Counted from the whole stretch's first letter, positions 1 to 11,172 are shown. The stretch: 63,965 nucleotides of DNA, filler included, from Globobulimina sp. (GCA_003354225.1; 30 parts of 30 records of this genome joined end to end with filler, not necessarily neighbours in it), one strand, 5' to 3'. Translations and numbers: made by a program. Notes: generated from the sequence alone by a model not told the origin.

Positions 1-1863
1 AACACAGAAACAAAAAATAATTGTTCTGAAACAGAATGCGAAATGATTTCAAATACAATAACGAGTGAACATATAAATGGTTCGACATTTACACAAAATT
101 ATAACGATATGATGAAATTATATAGTTTTTTGCAATCGAGTGGTCTTGACTTTGATGCAATATTTCCTTTAGCTTCATTCTTGAATGATAATTTTATGTC
201 TACTCCAAACATAAATAGTTTGTATGATATACCATTTATAGTGGAGGATGAATATGGTTTTGATAAAATATGTGATGATTCCATTCAAAAACAATCAAAA
301 CATGCCAGCAATGACATTAAACATATATTTGAAAATGAAGAAAAAATGAATAAGAATAACTGGCTATTTATAACAAAATATGGTGAAGATAAGCAGATGA
401 AATATGGCAAAAATAAGAGATTGCGACAAGATTTACTACCCAATGGGATACAATCTAAATATTCAAAAGATGAAATGATACAAATTATGAGGAAAACAGC
501 AGGCGTTGGTCGAGAGTTCAATGGCTTAAAATTTTATGATTCCGAAATTTATCTAAATCAATTAATGTTACGATGTGTTGTTTTGAACCATCAGTTCCAG
601 GTTGATGTACAATTACTATTTGAACAGAGTAAAAATGTCATATTTCGTGCTGGTCCATTGAAGAAAAAACAACGCTGTACAATCAAAACAGAAACGGATT
701 ATTTTAATCAGGAATGGCCGCAAAGTTCATGTTTGTTGGATATTATCCGTTGTACCCTTACCTTTGAAAATATTTCTGCACTCATTGACGGTATAAAGTT
801 GTTTGAGAATACAATCGCAAATAATGTTAAAAATGCGTCATCCGGATGTATAAAAGAAATATTACGCATAAAAAATGGTTTTGCGGATTATTCCCATTCG
901 AATCCAGAGTATGTAGACATAAAATATAATGTCGGTGTTTGTGTGAATAATATGCAATGCATTGGTGAAGTGCAGCTGTTATTGAGTGATATGGGCAAAT
1001 TTAAATTGAAAGCGCATAAATTTTATGGTATCATTCGGCGGAAAGAGTATTTTGATAATTTAAAGTTAGTGACCACTTTGAAAAATAATGTGGATAAAAA
1101 ATTAATGATATTTTGTCATCAAGGAAATGCAAAAGGAATTAAAGATATTATCATCAATCAAAAAATTAAAAACTTGAATGATTTGACGAGAATAAATAGG
1201 CTGAACGATAGCTTATGGTCTCTTTATCATTATGGTCATGTTCAATGTGTAAAAACATTTGTTGCAATTTTTAAAAATGATAAAAAGAGTATTGCTGAAT
1301 TTTTCAAATTGCCGGTTAGTGATTTTGGCGGAACGGGTTTAATGCTCTCATCGTTTCATGGCAAATTTGAAACGGCACAATATATTTTATCACAATTTTC
1401 TGAGAGAGAATATATTTTTCGACGAAACGATTTAGGACGAAATGCGTTTATTTGTTGTTCATTTCAAGGCCATTATGAAAATGCAAAGCTTTTATTATCA
1501 AAATTAAAGGATAAAAAGGATATTATTAATCTTATTCAATCAAAAACATCAAACAATGAAAATTGTTTAATTGAAGCTGCAAAGAATGGACACAAAAATA
1601 TTATTTCATTGATTTTATCAAAATTTGATGATAAAAATGATAAAATTAAAATGTTGAAAGAAAGAGATAATTCAAATATGAATGCATTTGATATGGCGTG
1701 TACTAATAAACAAATTAAAACCGCTCACTTTATTTTATCTCAGTTTAATGATAAAAAAGAAGCATTGCAAATTATAAAAGACTGCATTGGAAAATTGGAT
1801 CAAAAAATGATAAATACTGCAGTTGCAATATCACTTAAAAACTGGACACAGGAATTTTCTTGA
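1..1863 (+). CDS. RelA/SpoT-like nucleotidyltransferase domain + C-terminal ankyrin repeats (frame open to contig start)
   Basis: GPLKKKQRCTIK...LDIIRC...RIKNGF...YVDIKYN...GEVQL...AHKFYGIIR (649-1040). Then ankyrin-like repeats: GGTGLMLSSFHGK, GRNAFICCSFQGH, NENCLIEAAKNGH, NMNAFDMACTNKQ. Confidence 0.75.
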   Translation, partial: NTETKNNCSETECEMISNTITSEHINGSTFTQNYNDMMKLYSFLQSSGLDFDAIFPLASFLNDNFMSTPNINSLYDIPFIVEDEYGFDKICDDSIQKQSKHASNDIKHIFENEEKMNKNNWLFITKYGEDKQMKYGKNKRLRQDLLPNGIQSKYSKDEMIQIMRKTAGVGREFNGLKFYDSEIYLNQLMLRCVVLNHQFQVDVQLLFEQSKNVIFRAGPLKKKQRCTIKTETDYFNQEWPQSSCLLDIIRCTLTFENISALIDGIKLFENTIANNVKNASSGCIKEILRIKNGFADYSHSNPEYVDIKYNVGVCVNNMQCIGEVQLLLSDMGKFKLKAHKFYGIIRRKEYFDNLKLVTTLKNNVDKKLMIFCHQGNAKGIKDIIINQKIKNLNDLTRINRLNDSLWSLYHYGHVQCVKTFVAIFKNDKKSIAEFFKLPVSDFGGTGLMLSSFHGKFETAQYILSQFSEREYIFRRNDLGRNAFICCSFQGHYENAKLLLSKLKDKKDIINLIQSKTSNNENCLIEAAKNGHKNIISLILSKFDDKNDKIKMLKERDNSNMNAFDMACTNKQIKTAHFILSQFNDKKEALQIIKDCIGKLDQKMINTAVAISLKNWTQEFS

Positions 1864-2037
1864 ACTTTGTTAGCAGACAATAACAGTTAACTTATTGTTT
1901 TTTTGTTAAATCACATATATATATATACTTATTATAATAAAGCCAAACTTTAAAAAAGCTGAAATGCGATATCTCGGGATTTATTGGTGCTATAACATTC
2001 AAACTTTTTTATTCGGTTTCTTTGTTAAAAATGATTC

Positions 2038-2137
2038 NNNNNNNNNNNNNNNNNNNNNNNNNNNNNNNNNNNNNNNNNNNNTTAATTAATTAANNNNNNN
2101 NNNNNNNNNNNNNNNNNNNNNNNNNNNNNNNNNNNNN
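2038..2137. other. Artificial contig linker (first of 29: 44N-TTAATTAATTAA-44N, recurring every ~2134-2137 nt)
   Basis: Identical 100-nt spacer with stop codons in all six frames. Intervening contigs fall steadily in length from 2037 to 2034 bp. Confidence 0.99.
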
Positions 2138-2652
2138 TCCATTACGAATTTCTACCATAAATGCACGAAATATTAACCAAACAATTCAATTCCTATATTT
2201 CATTGTAAATTTGTATAATGCATCCATGAGATCACAATATCTTTTTCCGCATCCATTTGTACTGTATTTTTCTATTCTTTATCTTTTCTTGACAGTTGTG
2301 AAGTTTTTGAAATCTTTTGAAATCATCGACGTTGGACGCCTTCAAAAACTTAAGAATCAATCTTTGTCAAACAAACGTTAGAAATCAGTTGCCCCATCAC
2401 CTAGGAACGGAATCCACTGAATCTCACGGGACTTTAATTGCGGTCAATGCACTATTTCAACATGTACAAAAACTAAGCAATCCGTTTTTTTTTATCTCAC
2501 AATAACAGACGACATAAACAAATAACAATCAAACAGAAAACGCCATGACATCAAATATTTTTTATTGTGGTTAAATTTACAAAATGAATCACCAAAAAAA
2601 AATTATTTTACGTAGAAAAATAAATACATTTCGGTTGGGATTTTGATCCACC

Positions 2653-4174
2653 TCAATACAATTCAGCTAAGCTTTTGCTTAATATATTAATAAATATCTC
2701 AGCATGTTTAATCTCAAAAATCAATGCAGGTCTTAATCGAATACTTTTCTTTCCACAAACACCAATATGAATTCCATTTGCTCTCAATATTCCAATTAAC
2801 TTACTTCTTTCCTCTGTATCATCACAATCAAATGCAATAAATGTGCCCTTTCCACGTACATTTGATATCTTCGCATTACTCATACTTAGTTCACTTAATT
2901 TGTCCATCAAATATTCTCCAGTTTCATTCACATTTCCCAACAAGTTCTGTTTATTAATCACATCAATCACAACTTGCGTCTGTAGCAATTTAATTGGATC
3001 ACCGCACCACGTATTAAATATACGATATCCCTCTTCCACTTTCAAATACTTCTTATAATAAAAGCCGCTCGAACACATTTTCTTGGCGAAAGTAACAATA
3101 TCTGGTGAACCGCCATCATTTTCATCTAAATCCCAATGCTGATGAGCCCAGAATTTACCTGTCGGACAACAGCCAGTTTGCACCTCATCCACAATAAATA
3201 TAACTCCATTATCTTTACATAATTTCCTCAATCTTTTGAAGAAATCATTGGAACAATGATTATCTCCGCCTTCAGCTTGTATCGGCTCAACAATTAACGC
3301 TACAATATCTTTCCCCGATTTTTTCATCATACTCTCGATATTAATCAAGCATTCTCGCTCTATGTTGTCATTATACTCTTTGTGAATGTGACCAGATCTA
3401 TTCACAGGGAATGGAGTTCGCAAAATCATGTCCAAAACGGGAAGATCAACCTTGTGCATAGGGTTTGTCTGCGTGCAGGATAATGCTAGAAACGTTCGAC
3501 CATGGAAGCCGCCTTCGAATGCTATAATACCTAAACTGAGCGGTGTTGGCGTTCCGGGCAGTTCGTGTTGCAGACAACTGCTTAAATCCAGATCAGTGGG
3601 AGGCTCATCGCCACGTTTACGATACGCATGATTTATTAATGCTAATTTGAGAGCGTTCTCATTTGAACACGAACCGCACTGCAAAAACATGTACAGATTG
3701 AAACAATGAATAGTGGTTATTTGACTAAACAGGAATACACAGGACATACCATCATAAGTTGCACTGCGTCTAAACCTTGCGGTGCCACTGACATTAGGGA
3801 ATTGTAGACTGTTTGTGGGAATTCTTTAGGTGGACAGTTGCCTAAAGCGGGTCTGTTAACTATCCAAGCAATATTACTTTCGTTGTGGATAAGTTGATTG
3901 ATCATATCTTGATTGTTGTATCCCAATGGGATGGATGATATGGATTGGAATAAATCTTATTATATGGAAACAAATTAGATTTAAATCAAAAATCGGAAAA
4001 ACATGCAAGGATTTTGTTTCTGTCGCAGTGTATATGTATTTGGTACAAATCGTTCAAAACAAATTATAGTGTGCTGGTTCATTTTGTTGTGTACAAACCT
4101 AAATATACATTTCCATCCACATCTGCGACATAATTACCAATGCTTTTGTCGTAATCTACAAAAAATTGTACTTC
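2653..4174 (-). CDS. ABAT: 4-aminobutyrate aminotransferase (eukaryotic GABA-T), 5' partial; introns 3956-4098 and 3679-3749
   Basis: Spliced reading gives [36 protein letters not shown]...[33 protein letters not shown] and the PLP lysine in TFAKK. GT-AG introns restore the frame. Confidence 0.95.
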
Positions 4175-4505
4175 NNNNNNNNNNNNNNNNNNNNNNNNNN
4201 NNNNNNNNNNNNNNNNNNTTAATTAATTAANNNNNNNNNNNNNNNNNNNNNNNNNNNNNNNNNNNNNNNNNNNNATAATTAATCTGTCCATGCCTGATCA
4301 GACCTTTTTGATTTCCATTCGTTATATTTTGTAACTTGATAGTTTGATGCTGTTTTCTGCAATTATTAAAGAGCAGCCTGTTTTCAGCGTCAGATTTTTA
4401 TTGGGGTAAGGTAGATGCAAACCGTTTCTGGTGACTGACAAAGGCAAAAATTATAGGTTTGCCATCGTTTCTCAGAAACAAAAATAATCTGACGTTGAAA
4501 ACCGG

Positions 4506-5549
4506 ATGCTCTTTGAGTCTGACTATGATTCAGATTCTATTTTTTCATTTTTACCATGTCTGCCAACTTGGATCATGACCACTTACCTATTGCAAGCGCC
4601 ACATTCGCTCCAAATTCCATCATTGGAAGGTGATCAAATTCATCAAGATATACAGAGTGAAAGGGAGAACTTTATTGTTGCAAATCCCGGCGAACAAGAT
4701 TTTGAATCTGATCCGAAACTTGAAATCAAAATAAATTGGTCCAAATTGAAATCAAAATTGGGTATTTTAGCAATATTTGGATTTATATATTGGTTAATTA
4801 TTACATTTACTGCATTTTTAATTCAATTTAATGACAAATCAAATTCATGGCTCTTCAAATATTGTGTTGTGTCAATGTTGTTTGCCTTTTTTTGTCAATG
4901 TGGTATAATGTCGATGGTGGTGACCGGATATGATGAGAAAAATAAACATTTTCGTCGTACTGAAATGCCAATTATTACACTTGTAATGTTTCCATATGCG
5001 TTATTAATGTGTATTGATTTATTTGTTCATAGTGGTTCAATGTTTTTAGGTAAAAGATATATTTCTAATGGCTTTTCCATAGCATTTATCATTTGTCATT
5101 TTTTAAGTTTATTTTGTATATCATCCTTACATTTTTGTTGGCATAAAGGACACAAAAAATTTCGATTTATGAATTTTTTTTTTGAATGGATTGATATATT
5201 CAGCCAGCTTGTTGTTACATTGTTGTATTGGAAATATAGTGACGCGGATAATAAATTTGCAATAACTACAACATTCTGGACATTTACATTGATTCAGTTA
5301 TTGTTTTGGATACCGCCCTTAACATTAGGTTCAGCACAAAATGTGAATAGATTGGTAAAACATGTGGTTGTATTGGATATAGTTACCGATATTCCATTAA
5401 TTATAACAACACTAATAAGTGGAGCGTACACTGTGCAACTTTGGATATTTATAGATTTAATTTTTAAAACGATCTTAATGTTAAGAGGAGTTGTTGTCAA
5501 TGGCTTTATATATATGTTATTACCGTATCTTTCAAAAGACTCTTTATAA
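4506..5549 (+). CDS. Hypothetical multi-pass membrane protein (~7-8 TM)
   Basis: 347-aa ORF with many hydrophobic helices; no family recognised. Confidence 0.7.
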   Translation: MLFESDYDSDSIFSFLPCLPTWIMTTYLLQAPHSLQIPSLEGDQIHQDIQSERENFIVANPGEQDFESDPKLEIKINWSKLKSKLGILAIFGFIYWLIITFTAFLIQFNDKSNSWLFKYCVVSMLFAFFCQCGIMSMVVTGYDEKNKHFRRTEMPIITLVMFPYALLMCIDLFVHSGSMFLGKRYISNGFSIAFIICHFLSLFCISSLHFCWHKGHKKFRFMNFFFEWIDIFSQLVVTLLYWKYSDADNKFAITTTFWTFTLIQLLFWIPPLTLGSAQNVNRLVKHVVVLDIVTDIPLIITTLISGAYTVQLWIFIDLIFKTILMLRGVVVNGFIYMLLPYLSKDSL

Positions 5550-6412
5550 CATCACTATACAGACAAGAATATATTTAATTATAGCGTTTCTGTGCTGTTT
5601 TCCCGATAGCTTTTAAGGAGGGATGATTTGCTCCAATTCCATTATAAATTTCACCCAGTCATTGATTGAGGCACAAGTAGTGATATTCTGCATTCCGTTC
5701 GCCATTTCCTATCCATATTCTATCCATATTATACCAGAAATTAATACCATAAATATTACATAAATGTAATCCACCGTACAATTCCAAACATATTTATAAC
5801 ATAATGATCATAATATTTGTGTCATGGGAGTAAATAAATTTACAATAAGTGTGTCATTGATAATTTATATGTCTGACACGTCATGTCCGGTATGCATGCG
5901 CATATTTCAGCATTTTCAAAAGTCTTCACATTACTGTGCACTTTGAAAACGTCTCCAAGCACATTGCATGCTTGCATCTCATTTGCCTGACACACATCGT
6001 CATCAGACAGTCATCAGATCACTCATATCAATGCCATATTACAAAGCATATATTTCAATGCACCAGTTAGAAATGGATATATTAATCGATACAGATCATT
6101 ACCTAAGGGCTCTTTGATAATATGAGAAATATCAGAGCAAATTTTGAATTGAATAAAAATAAAGGTAAGAGACAAACGCCACCAATTGTATCAATCACAA
6201 AGTTGTCAATTATCTTAATAATAATTTTAATATACAGTAGTGTTCCCGATAAGAGATACGCATATGATTAGCTAATATATATGATTAGAGCTAATATATA
6301 GCTAATATATTNNNNNNNNNNNNNNNNNNNNNNNNNNNNNNNNNNNNNNNNNNNNTTAATTAATTAANNNNNNNNNNNNNNNNNNNNNNNNNNNNNNNNN
6401 NNNNNNNNNNNG

Positions 6413-6520
6413 GAAGAAAAATGTAAAAAATGCGGTGACGCAGAAGATGAAATCGTGCGAGGATTATGCGAAAAATGCGAAATACAAAAACAAATAGAAG
6501 AAATTGAAAACAATAATTAA
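6413..6520 (+). CDS. 3' end of a Zn-ribbon-like protein (CKKC...CEKC)
   Basis: EEKCKKCGDAEDEIVRGLCEKCEIQKQIEEIENNN*. The stop overlaps the stop of the convergent gene (TTAA 6517-6520). Confidence 0.55.
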   Translation, partial: EEKCKKCGDAEDEIVRGLCEKCEIQKQIEEIENNN

Positions 6521-7002
6521 TTCACAACAATAAAATCTAACCCCTTTTCGCCAAAATTAATAACATAACCTTCGTCTATGTTTTTAAGTAATCGCATATA
6601 TCGCGTGCATTGAAGATATGCAGAAGATGCTTTAATTTCATCCATTTTTAATTCACCAGTTTTTTTACAGCGTTTCTCTAATACGCCGCCAACGGCCTTT
6701 AGTTCAAGAATAATTCTATAATCGATGAGTATATCTATGCGAAGATCGGCGATTAATACTTTACGCCCAGACGTGGTGGTATAATGCTGCGAGACGTGAT
6801 ATTCCATTTGTACATTATCATAACTTTCGCTTAACTCATAGAACATCGCAGTTTGATATGCGTTTTCACTTAGGCCACTTCCGAATAATTGTTCGTAAAC
6901 ACGTTCCGAAGCTTTTTTTATTATAGCATAGTCTTTTGAATATACAATTTCTTTTGGGATAATTTCATTCATATTCTCATCAAAATTGATTACTTTTGCC
7001 AT
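6517..7002 (-). CDS. GxxExxY family PD-(D/E)xK nuclease-like protein
   Basis: GSGLSENAYQTAM, RIDILID, ILELKAV, QCTRYM, GYVINF match the GxxExxY family found in bacteria and NCLDV. Confidence 0.9.
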   Translation of the reverse strand: MAKVINFDENMNEIIPKEIVYSKDYAIIKKASERVYEQLFGSGLSENAYQTAMFYELSESYDNVQMEYHVSQHYTTTSGRKVLIADLRIDILIDYRIILELKAVGGVLEKRCKKTGELKMDEIKASSAYLQCTRYMRLLKNIDEGYVINFGEKGLDFIVVN

Positions 7003-7287
7003 TTGTTAATATAATATACTGTTATATATTATATTAAATTTTAACACTTAAAATTATTTAGTGATTTCCAATTTCTCAAAGTCGTTGATACTTATTCTAT
7101 TACTCAAAGTATTAAAGCGATTAATAACAAAACAAGATTTAAGAAGATATATATCAATTACGAAGCTCTTGAAAAAATGTTATCCTGATTATAAAAATTT
7201 CATTCTGAAATATAAAAATGCTAAATAAAAGTAAGTTTCCTTAGATTAATGAATTAATTTAAATAAAAAAATCTATCATGGTATATA

Positions 7288-7716
7288 ATGGATTTTTTAC
7301 CAAAAGAGTTAGAGGATATAATCAATGATTACAAAACACAAATAGAACATCAAGAGAAATATGCTAAATGTATGAAACAGTTAAAACTTAAAATGTTATT
7401 TTCATATAAGTTTTACGCAGAACACGGCGATTATGATATTGAAGAGTTAATAAAAATATTTAACAAATATCAATTTATAAAATATAAAATTATAAAAACT
7501 CACGATTACGGTGGATATTGTGGAAATTATAAAATGGTATGTAATATATCAATTGAAAGTGTTGTTGGACTTATTATAAAACACGAACAAATAGATATTG
7601 ATGTTCATAGAATAGGACAAACAATTCATTATTCTCATATTTACGATATAGAGACAGAGTTATATGAAGGAGATTATAATTGGATGTTAAAAAGAGACTT
7701 TATTTATCGTTTTTGA
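7288..7716 (+). CDS. Hypothetical protein, NCLDV-like (MDFLPKELEDII N-terminus)
   Basis: Intronless AT-rich ORF in a gene-dense, virus-like contig. Confidence 0.65.
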   Translation: MDFLPKELEDIINDYKTQIEHQEKYAKCMKQLKLKMLFSYKFYAEHGDYDIEELIKIFNKYQFIKYKIIKTHDYGGYCGNYKMVCNISIESVVGLIIKHEQIDIDVHRIGQTIHYSHIYDIETELYEGDYNWMLKRDFIYRF

Positions 7717-7829
7717 AAAAAGGTTGATAATGTGAATAAAAGCTAATCAGAGTAGGGTAACACCTTGAAATGAATAAAATCAATAATATGTATATAATTT
7801 AATCTTAAATTATTTCAAAAATATTTTTT

Positions 7830-7837
7830 AAAATTGA
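7830..7837 (+). promoter_or_regulatory. AAAATTGA Mimiviridae-type early promoter motif
   Basis: Exact octamer ~70 nt upstream of ATG 7909 in an AT-rich intergenic region. Confidence 0.55.
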
Positions 7838-7908
7838 CTCATTTTTTTATCACACAAATATTAAACGGAAAAAGCTTTAAAATTTATTTGTAACTATATA
7901 ATATACAG

Positions 7909-8448
7909 ATGACTTCAATAGCAATCCCAGAAGATATTTTCGAGTTTTTACACGACAACGTGAAAGAAAAAAGTTTAGTTTTTCAAATTCTTGAAATGAA
8001 ACATCAATTTGAACACGCACATGAGATGGAAAAACTTAGAGATAAACTTTTTGAAAAATACGAATATTTCGCAGAGGAAGTATATGATGTTGAAATTGAT
8101 ATATGGAATGTTATTTTCTTTAAAGTGAAAAACTTACCGCAAGATTTCGTTGATTTTTACGCGCATAACATCAAATGGGAACAAGTTATAACAACACGTG
8201 AAGTTTTTAAATTATGCTGCAAGAGTTTCATGCGGCGCCAATCACATGTGAATTGGGATATGATATCAAAATCCCCGTTCATTTATGAAAGAGGTTTTTC
8301 AGCCGTGGTTTTTATTGATAAGATAAACTGGGTTATTGTTAGCAACACACCAGGGTTTGCCAATAGTTATATGGATAAATCATTTATGGATTTTGTTGAG
8401 TGGGAATTGGTATCAAAAAAACGTGAAAGATTCCGGTTAAAATCAGAT
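7909..8448 (+). CDS. Tryptophan-repeat (NWxxIS-type) protein, 3' partial
   Basis: Periodic IKWEQV / VNWDMIS / INWVIVS / VEWELVS repeats, as seen in large DNA viruses. Confidence 0.6.
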
Positions 8449-8548
8449 NNNNNNNNNNNNNNNNNNNNNNNNNNNNNNNNNNNNNNNNNNNNTTAATTAA
8501 TTAANNNNNNNNNNNNNNNNNNNNNNNNNNNNNNNNNNNNNNNNNNNN

Positions 8549-8627
8549 AATTCAATTTATTATCATTATGCACGATAATCTCGCACGTGTGCAATATCTG
8601 GAACATCTGAACGCGAGTTCCGCCTTT
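8549..8627. repeat. Exact 79-bp copy of 9151-9229 at the contig end
   Basis: AATTCAATTTATTATC...GTTCCGCCTTT is identical at both positions. Confidence 0.9.
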
Positions 8628-10585
8628 TCTGTGTCTTTATCATTTTCAGTTTCTTGGTCATGTATATCATGACAAATGGACTCAATCTCTACTTTCATGT
8701 CATGCAATGTCTCTGTCTCTGCATCGTGTGGTTCCTCCAGAATCGAGGTATTATTCAAAGAATCGGTCAGATGGAACGATGCCTTGTGTTCATTGGTTTG
8801 CAAAGCTCGCATATTTGGCGTCAATGACCTATTTTCATTACAGGCTTCGGCCAAAGGTTGCGAATGAAACTTATCTTCCAACTCACACTTTGTCGGCAAA
8901 AACGTTTCCAACTTCATCCGATCCGCCATCATCCGCGCTTCTTTTTCCTTTTCCCGCTTCACCGCAATCTTCTTCTTCCAAATGCGCTGTGCTTTGGTCA
9001 CCGCCAACAATACGCCCAACGATGGCTGATTTTCGCCAAATAAATCAAATTTGCGCGCCAACTGTTTGTTGATCTTATTGTACACTTTCGAGTCCTCATT
9101 GACCCAGCAACCGTCAATGCGTTCGCATAACGAGTACAATACTTCGGTGAAATTCAATTTATTATCATTATGCACGATAATCTCGCACGTGTGCAATATC
9201 TGGAACATCTGAACGCGAGTTCCGCCTTTCCCGATACCCATTGGCTTCCTTATTTTCTGCAGGAAATGCTCAAACGAGGAATAGTCCATATACCCAGTGG
9301 CCATGGGGTCGAAATACGACCACGAATCTATAAACTCGGCGATCATATCGTCCGTGATCTTGGCCTTGGCATTGCCGGTCTCGTTGTTATTGTTCTCGTC
9401 GTTGGGGTCGAATGCTTGTAATATAATAGCGATGAATAGATTTAATGTGACGAAGGACACCGTCAAATAGAACATCATGAAAAAGAGCCAGCACCACGAA
9501 TAGCCGCCGATTGCTACATTGCAGGCATCCGCCATTATGCAGTCCCAGTCTTCGCCGGTCGAGACGCGGAACATTGTCAATAACGAATAAAAAAAGGACT
9601 GGAAATGGGTGTGCGAGTTAATACATTTACCTTCGTCTAAGTCTATGGTATAGAATATGTTCATGGCCAATATGGCAGACACAAAGTACATTAAACCTAA
9701 TAAGATGCCAATCGATAATAAACTGTGAAACGATTTTACTAATGTCCTCATTAACGATTTTAACCTCTCTGCTGATTTCACAATGCGTACTAAACGGGAC
9801 ACTCTGAAGACGCGTAATATGCGCAAGAATGTAATGTCTGTGGCAGCGGACTGGTCCTGTTGCATAATAAAATCCATCACGAATTCGAATAAGGCGCCAA
9901 TCACTATGAAGAAATCGAATTTGTTCCAAATGTCTGCGAAATATTGCTGCAGACCGAAGCCCATTATCTTTATTACTGATTCCACTAAAAATATAAATGT
10001 AAAGACGGTGTTTATGATTTCGAATGTGGCTGAATATGATTTTGATTCGCCTTCGTACATAAAGCACATTACGCCGATATTCAAACAGATGCAAACCATC
10101 ATTAATTTCTCGAACTGTGTGGAAATCCCAATATAATAACACCAACCTCGGAAATTACTATCTTCCTCTCTGCGTTTTGACAAATCGATATTGTGTAATA
10201 AGTTGGTAAATATTTTCGTTCTTTTCTTGTTTTTAAAGTTATTCGTTGTCCGTTTATAGGACATTAACGACGGCGGCAACGGCAATGGAATTGGATGCGA
10301 ATTAATTATTTTTGTTTGTAAATTGACCCATTGCTTTTGTTCGATTGTCAACATCCCGACGCCGGTGGCTTCATCCCTTAATTTCACAAAATTATCGAAT
10401 ATAATACCTACGAATAACGAAATTAGAAAAAATGAGCCAACCAATATAAAAAAGATGAAAAATAATGCATTCATTTTGGACGAGTTCTTGACTGGTAATT
10501 GGTCAAAGTCTGTCGAGTCCACTGCGTGATACATGATAGTATGCCAGCCCTCCAATGTGGATATGACAAATAGTGATTTCAGAGC
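8628..10585 (-). CDS. Four-domain voltage-gated Ca2+-type channel alpha subunit (domain III pore, domain IV, EF-hand/IQ tail), partial
   Basis: Pore motifs STLEGW and STGEDW, S4 LRILRVFRVSRLVRIVK, WNKFDFFIV, S6 LNLFIAII, WSYFDP EF-hand-like region, IQ-like AQRIWK. Confidence 0.93.
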
Positions 10586-10743
10586 NNNNNNNNNNNNNNN
10601 NNNNNNNNNNNNNNNNNNNNNNNNNNNNNTTAATTAATTAANNNNNNNNNNNNNNNNNNNNNNNNNNNNNNNNNNNNNNNNNNNNGATATATCTTAAAAT
10701 TCCATACAAACTACATACTTCTTTGGCACACATGCATACCTAC

Positions 10744-11063
10744 CTCTTCGTCTTCTGAAACGACCCCAGCTTCTTTTGATTCGATTATCTGTGCCACCGG
10801 ATGCGTTGCCTGAAGCACCACCAGTTCTGCTTCCACTTTGTCCAACTGCCAACAATCCTACAAATAATTTAAATATACATAATTTATAATATTTTATTTA
10901 AAATAAAAACTCTACACTACACAACCTACCCGAGTTAGTAGACGTCATGCTGCCTGGTGTGGATGCATTGCGTGATGTGGGACCAATTGTGTTGTCAGTA
11001 GAACCATCTGTTGTGCTTACATTATGTTCAACCGGCACAAACCCCCCATATTCCATAACAAAT
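10744..11063 (-). CDS. Two internal exons (10930-11063, 10744-10857) of a Ser/Thr/Gly-rich protein
   Basis: GT-AG boundaries. Spliced reading ...STNSGLLAVGQSGSRTGG...RIKRSWGRFRRRR. Confidence 0.5.
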
Positions 11064-11172
11064 CTAAAACGCAAATATACAATGCATGTCATAGTATGCT
11101 ACGCTATATCAAGATAGTTACGATTTACTCTTGATATAAGATGGTGGTTGCACTGCGTTACTTCGCGGCTGC

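Noticed and set aside
2082-2093. Regularly spaced TTAATTAATTAA as a biological repeat or CRISPR-like array
   Set aside because: Always centred in 88 Ns. It is a six-frame-stop assembly linker.
4003-4230. ORF-track entries ending in X-runs/LIN
   Set aside because: They run into linkers. The stops are artificial, and this one is antisense to a GABA-T intron/exon.
1-8448. RelA-like gene, membrane protein and GxxExxY nuclease as one defence locus
   Set aside because: They are on different contigs that are adjacent only because of length sorting.
8676-10529. Many short plus-strand ORFs over the channel gene (likewise over other long CDSs)
   Set aside because: Antisense or alternate-frame shadows with no motifs.
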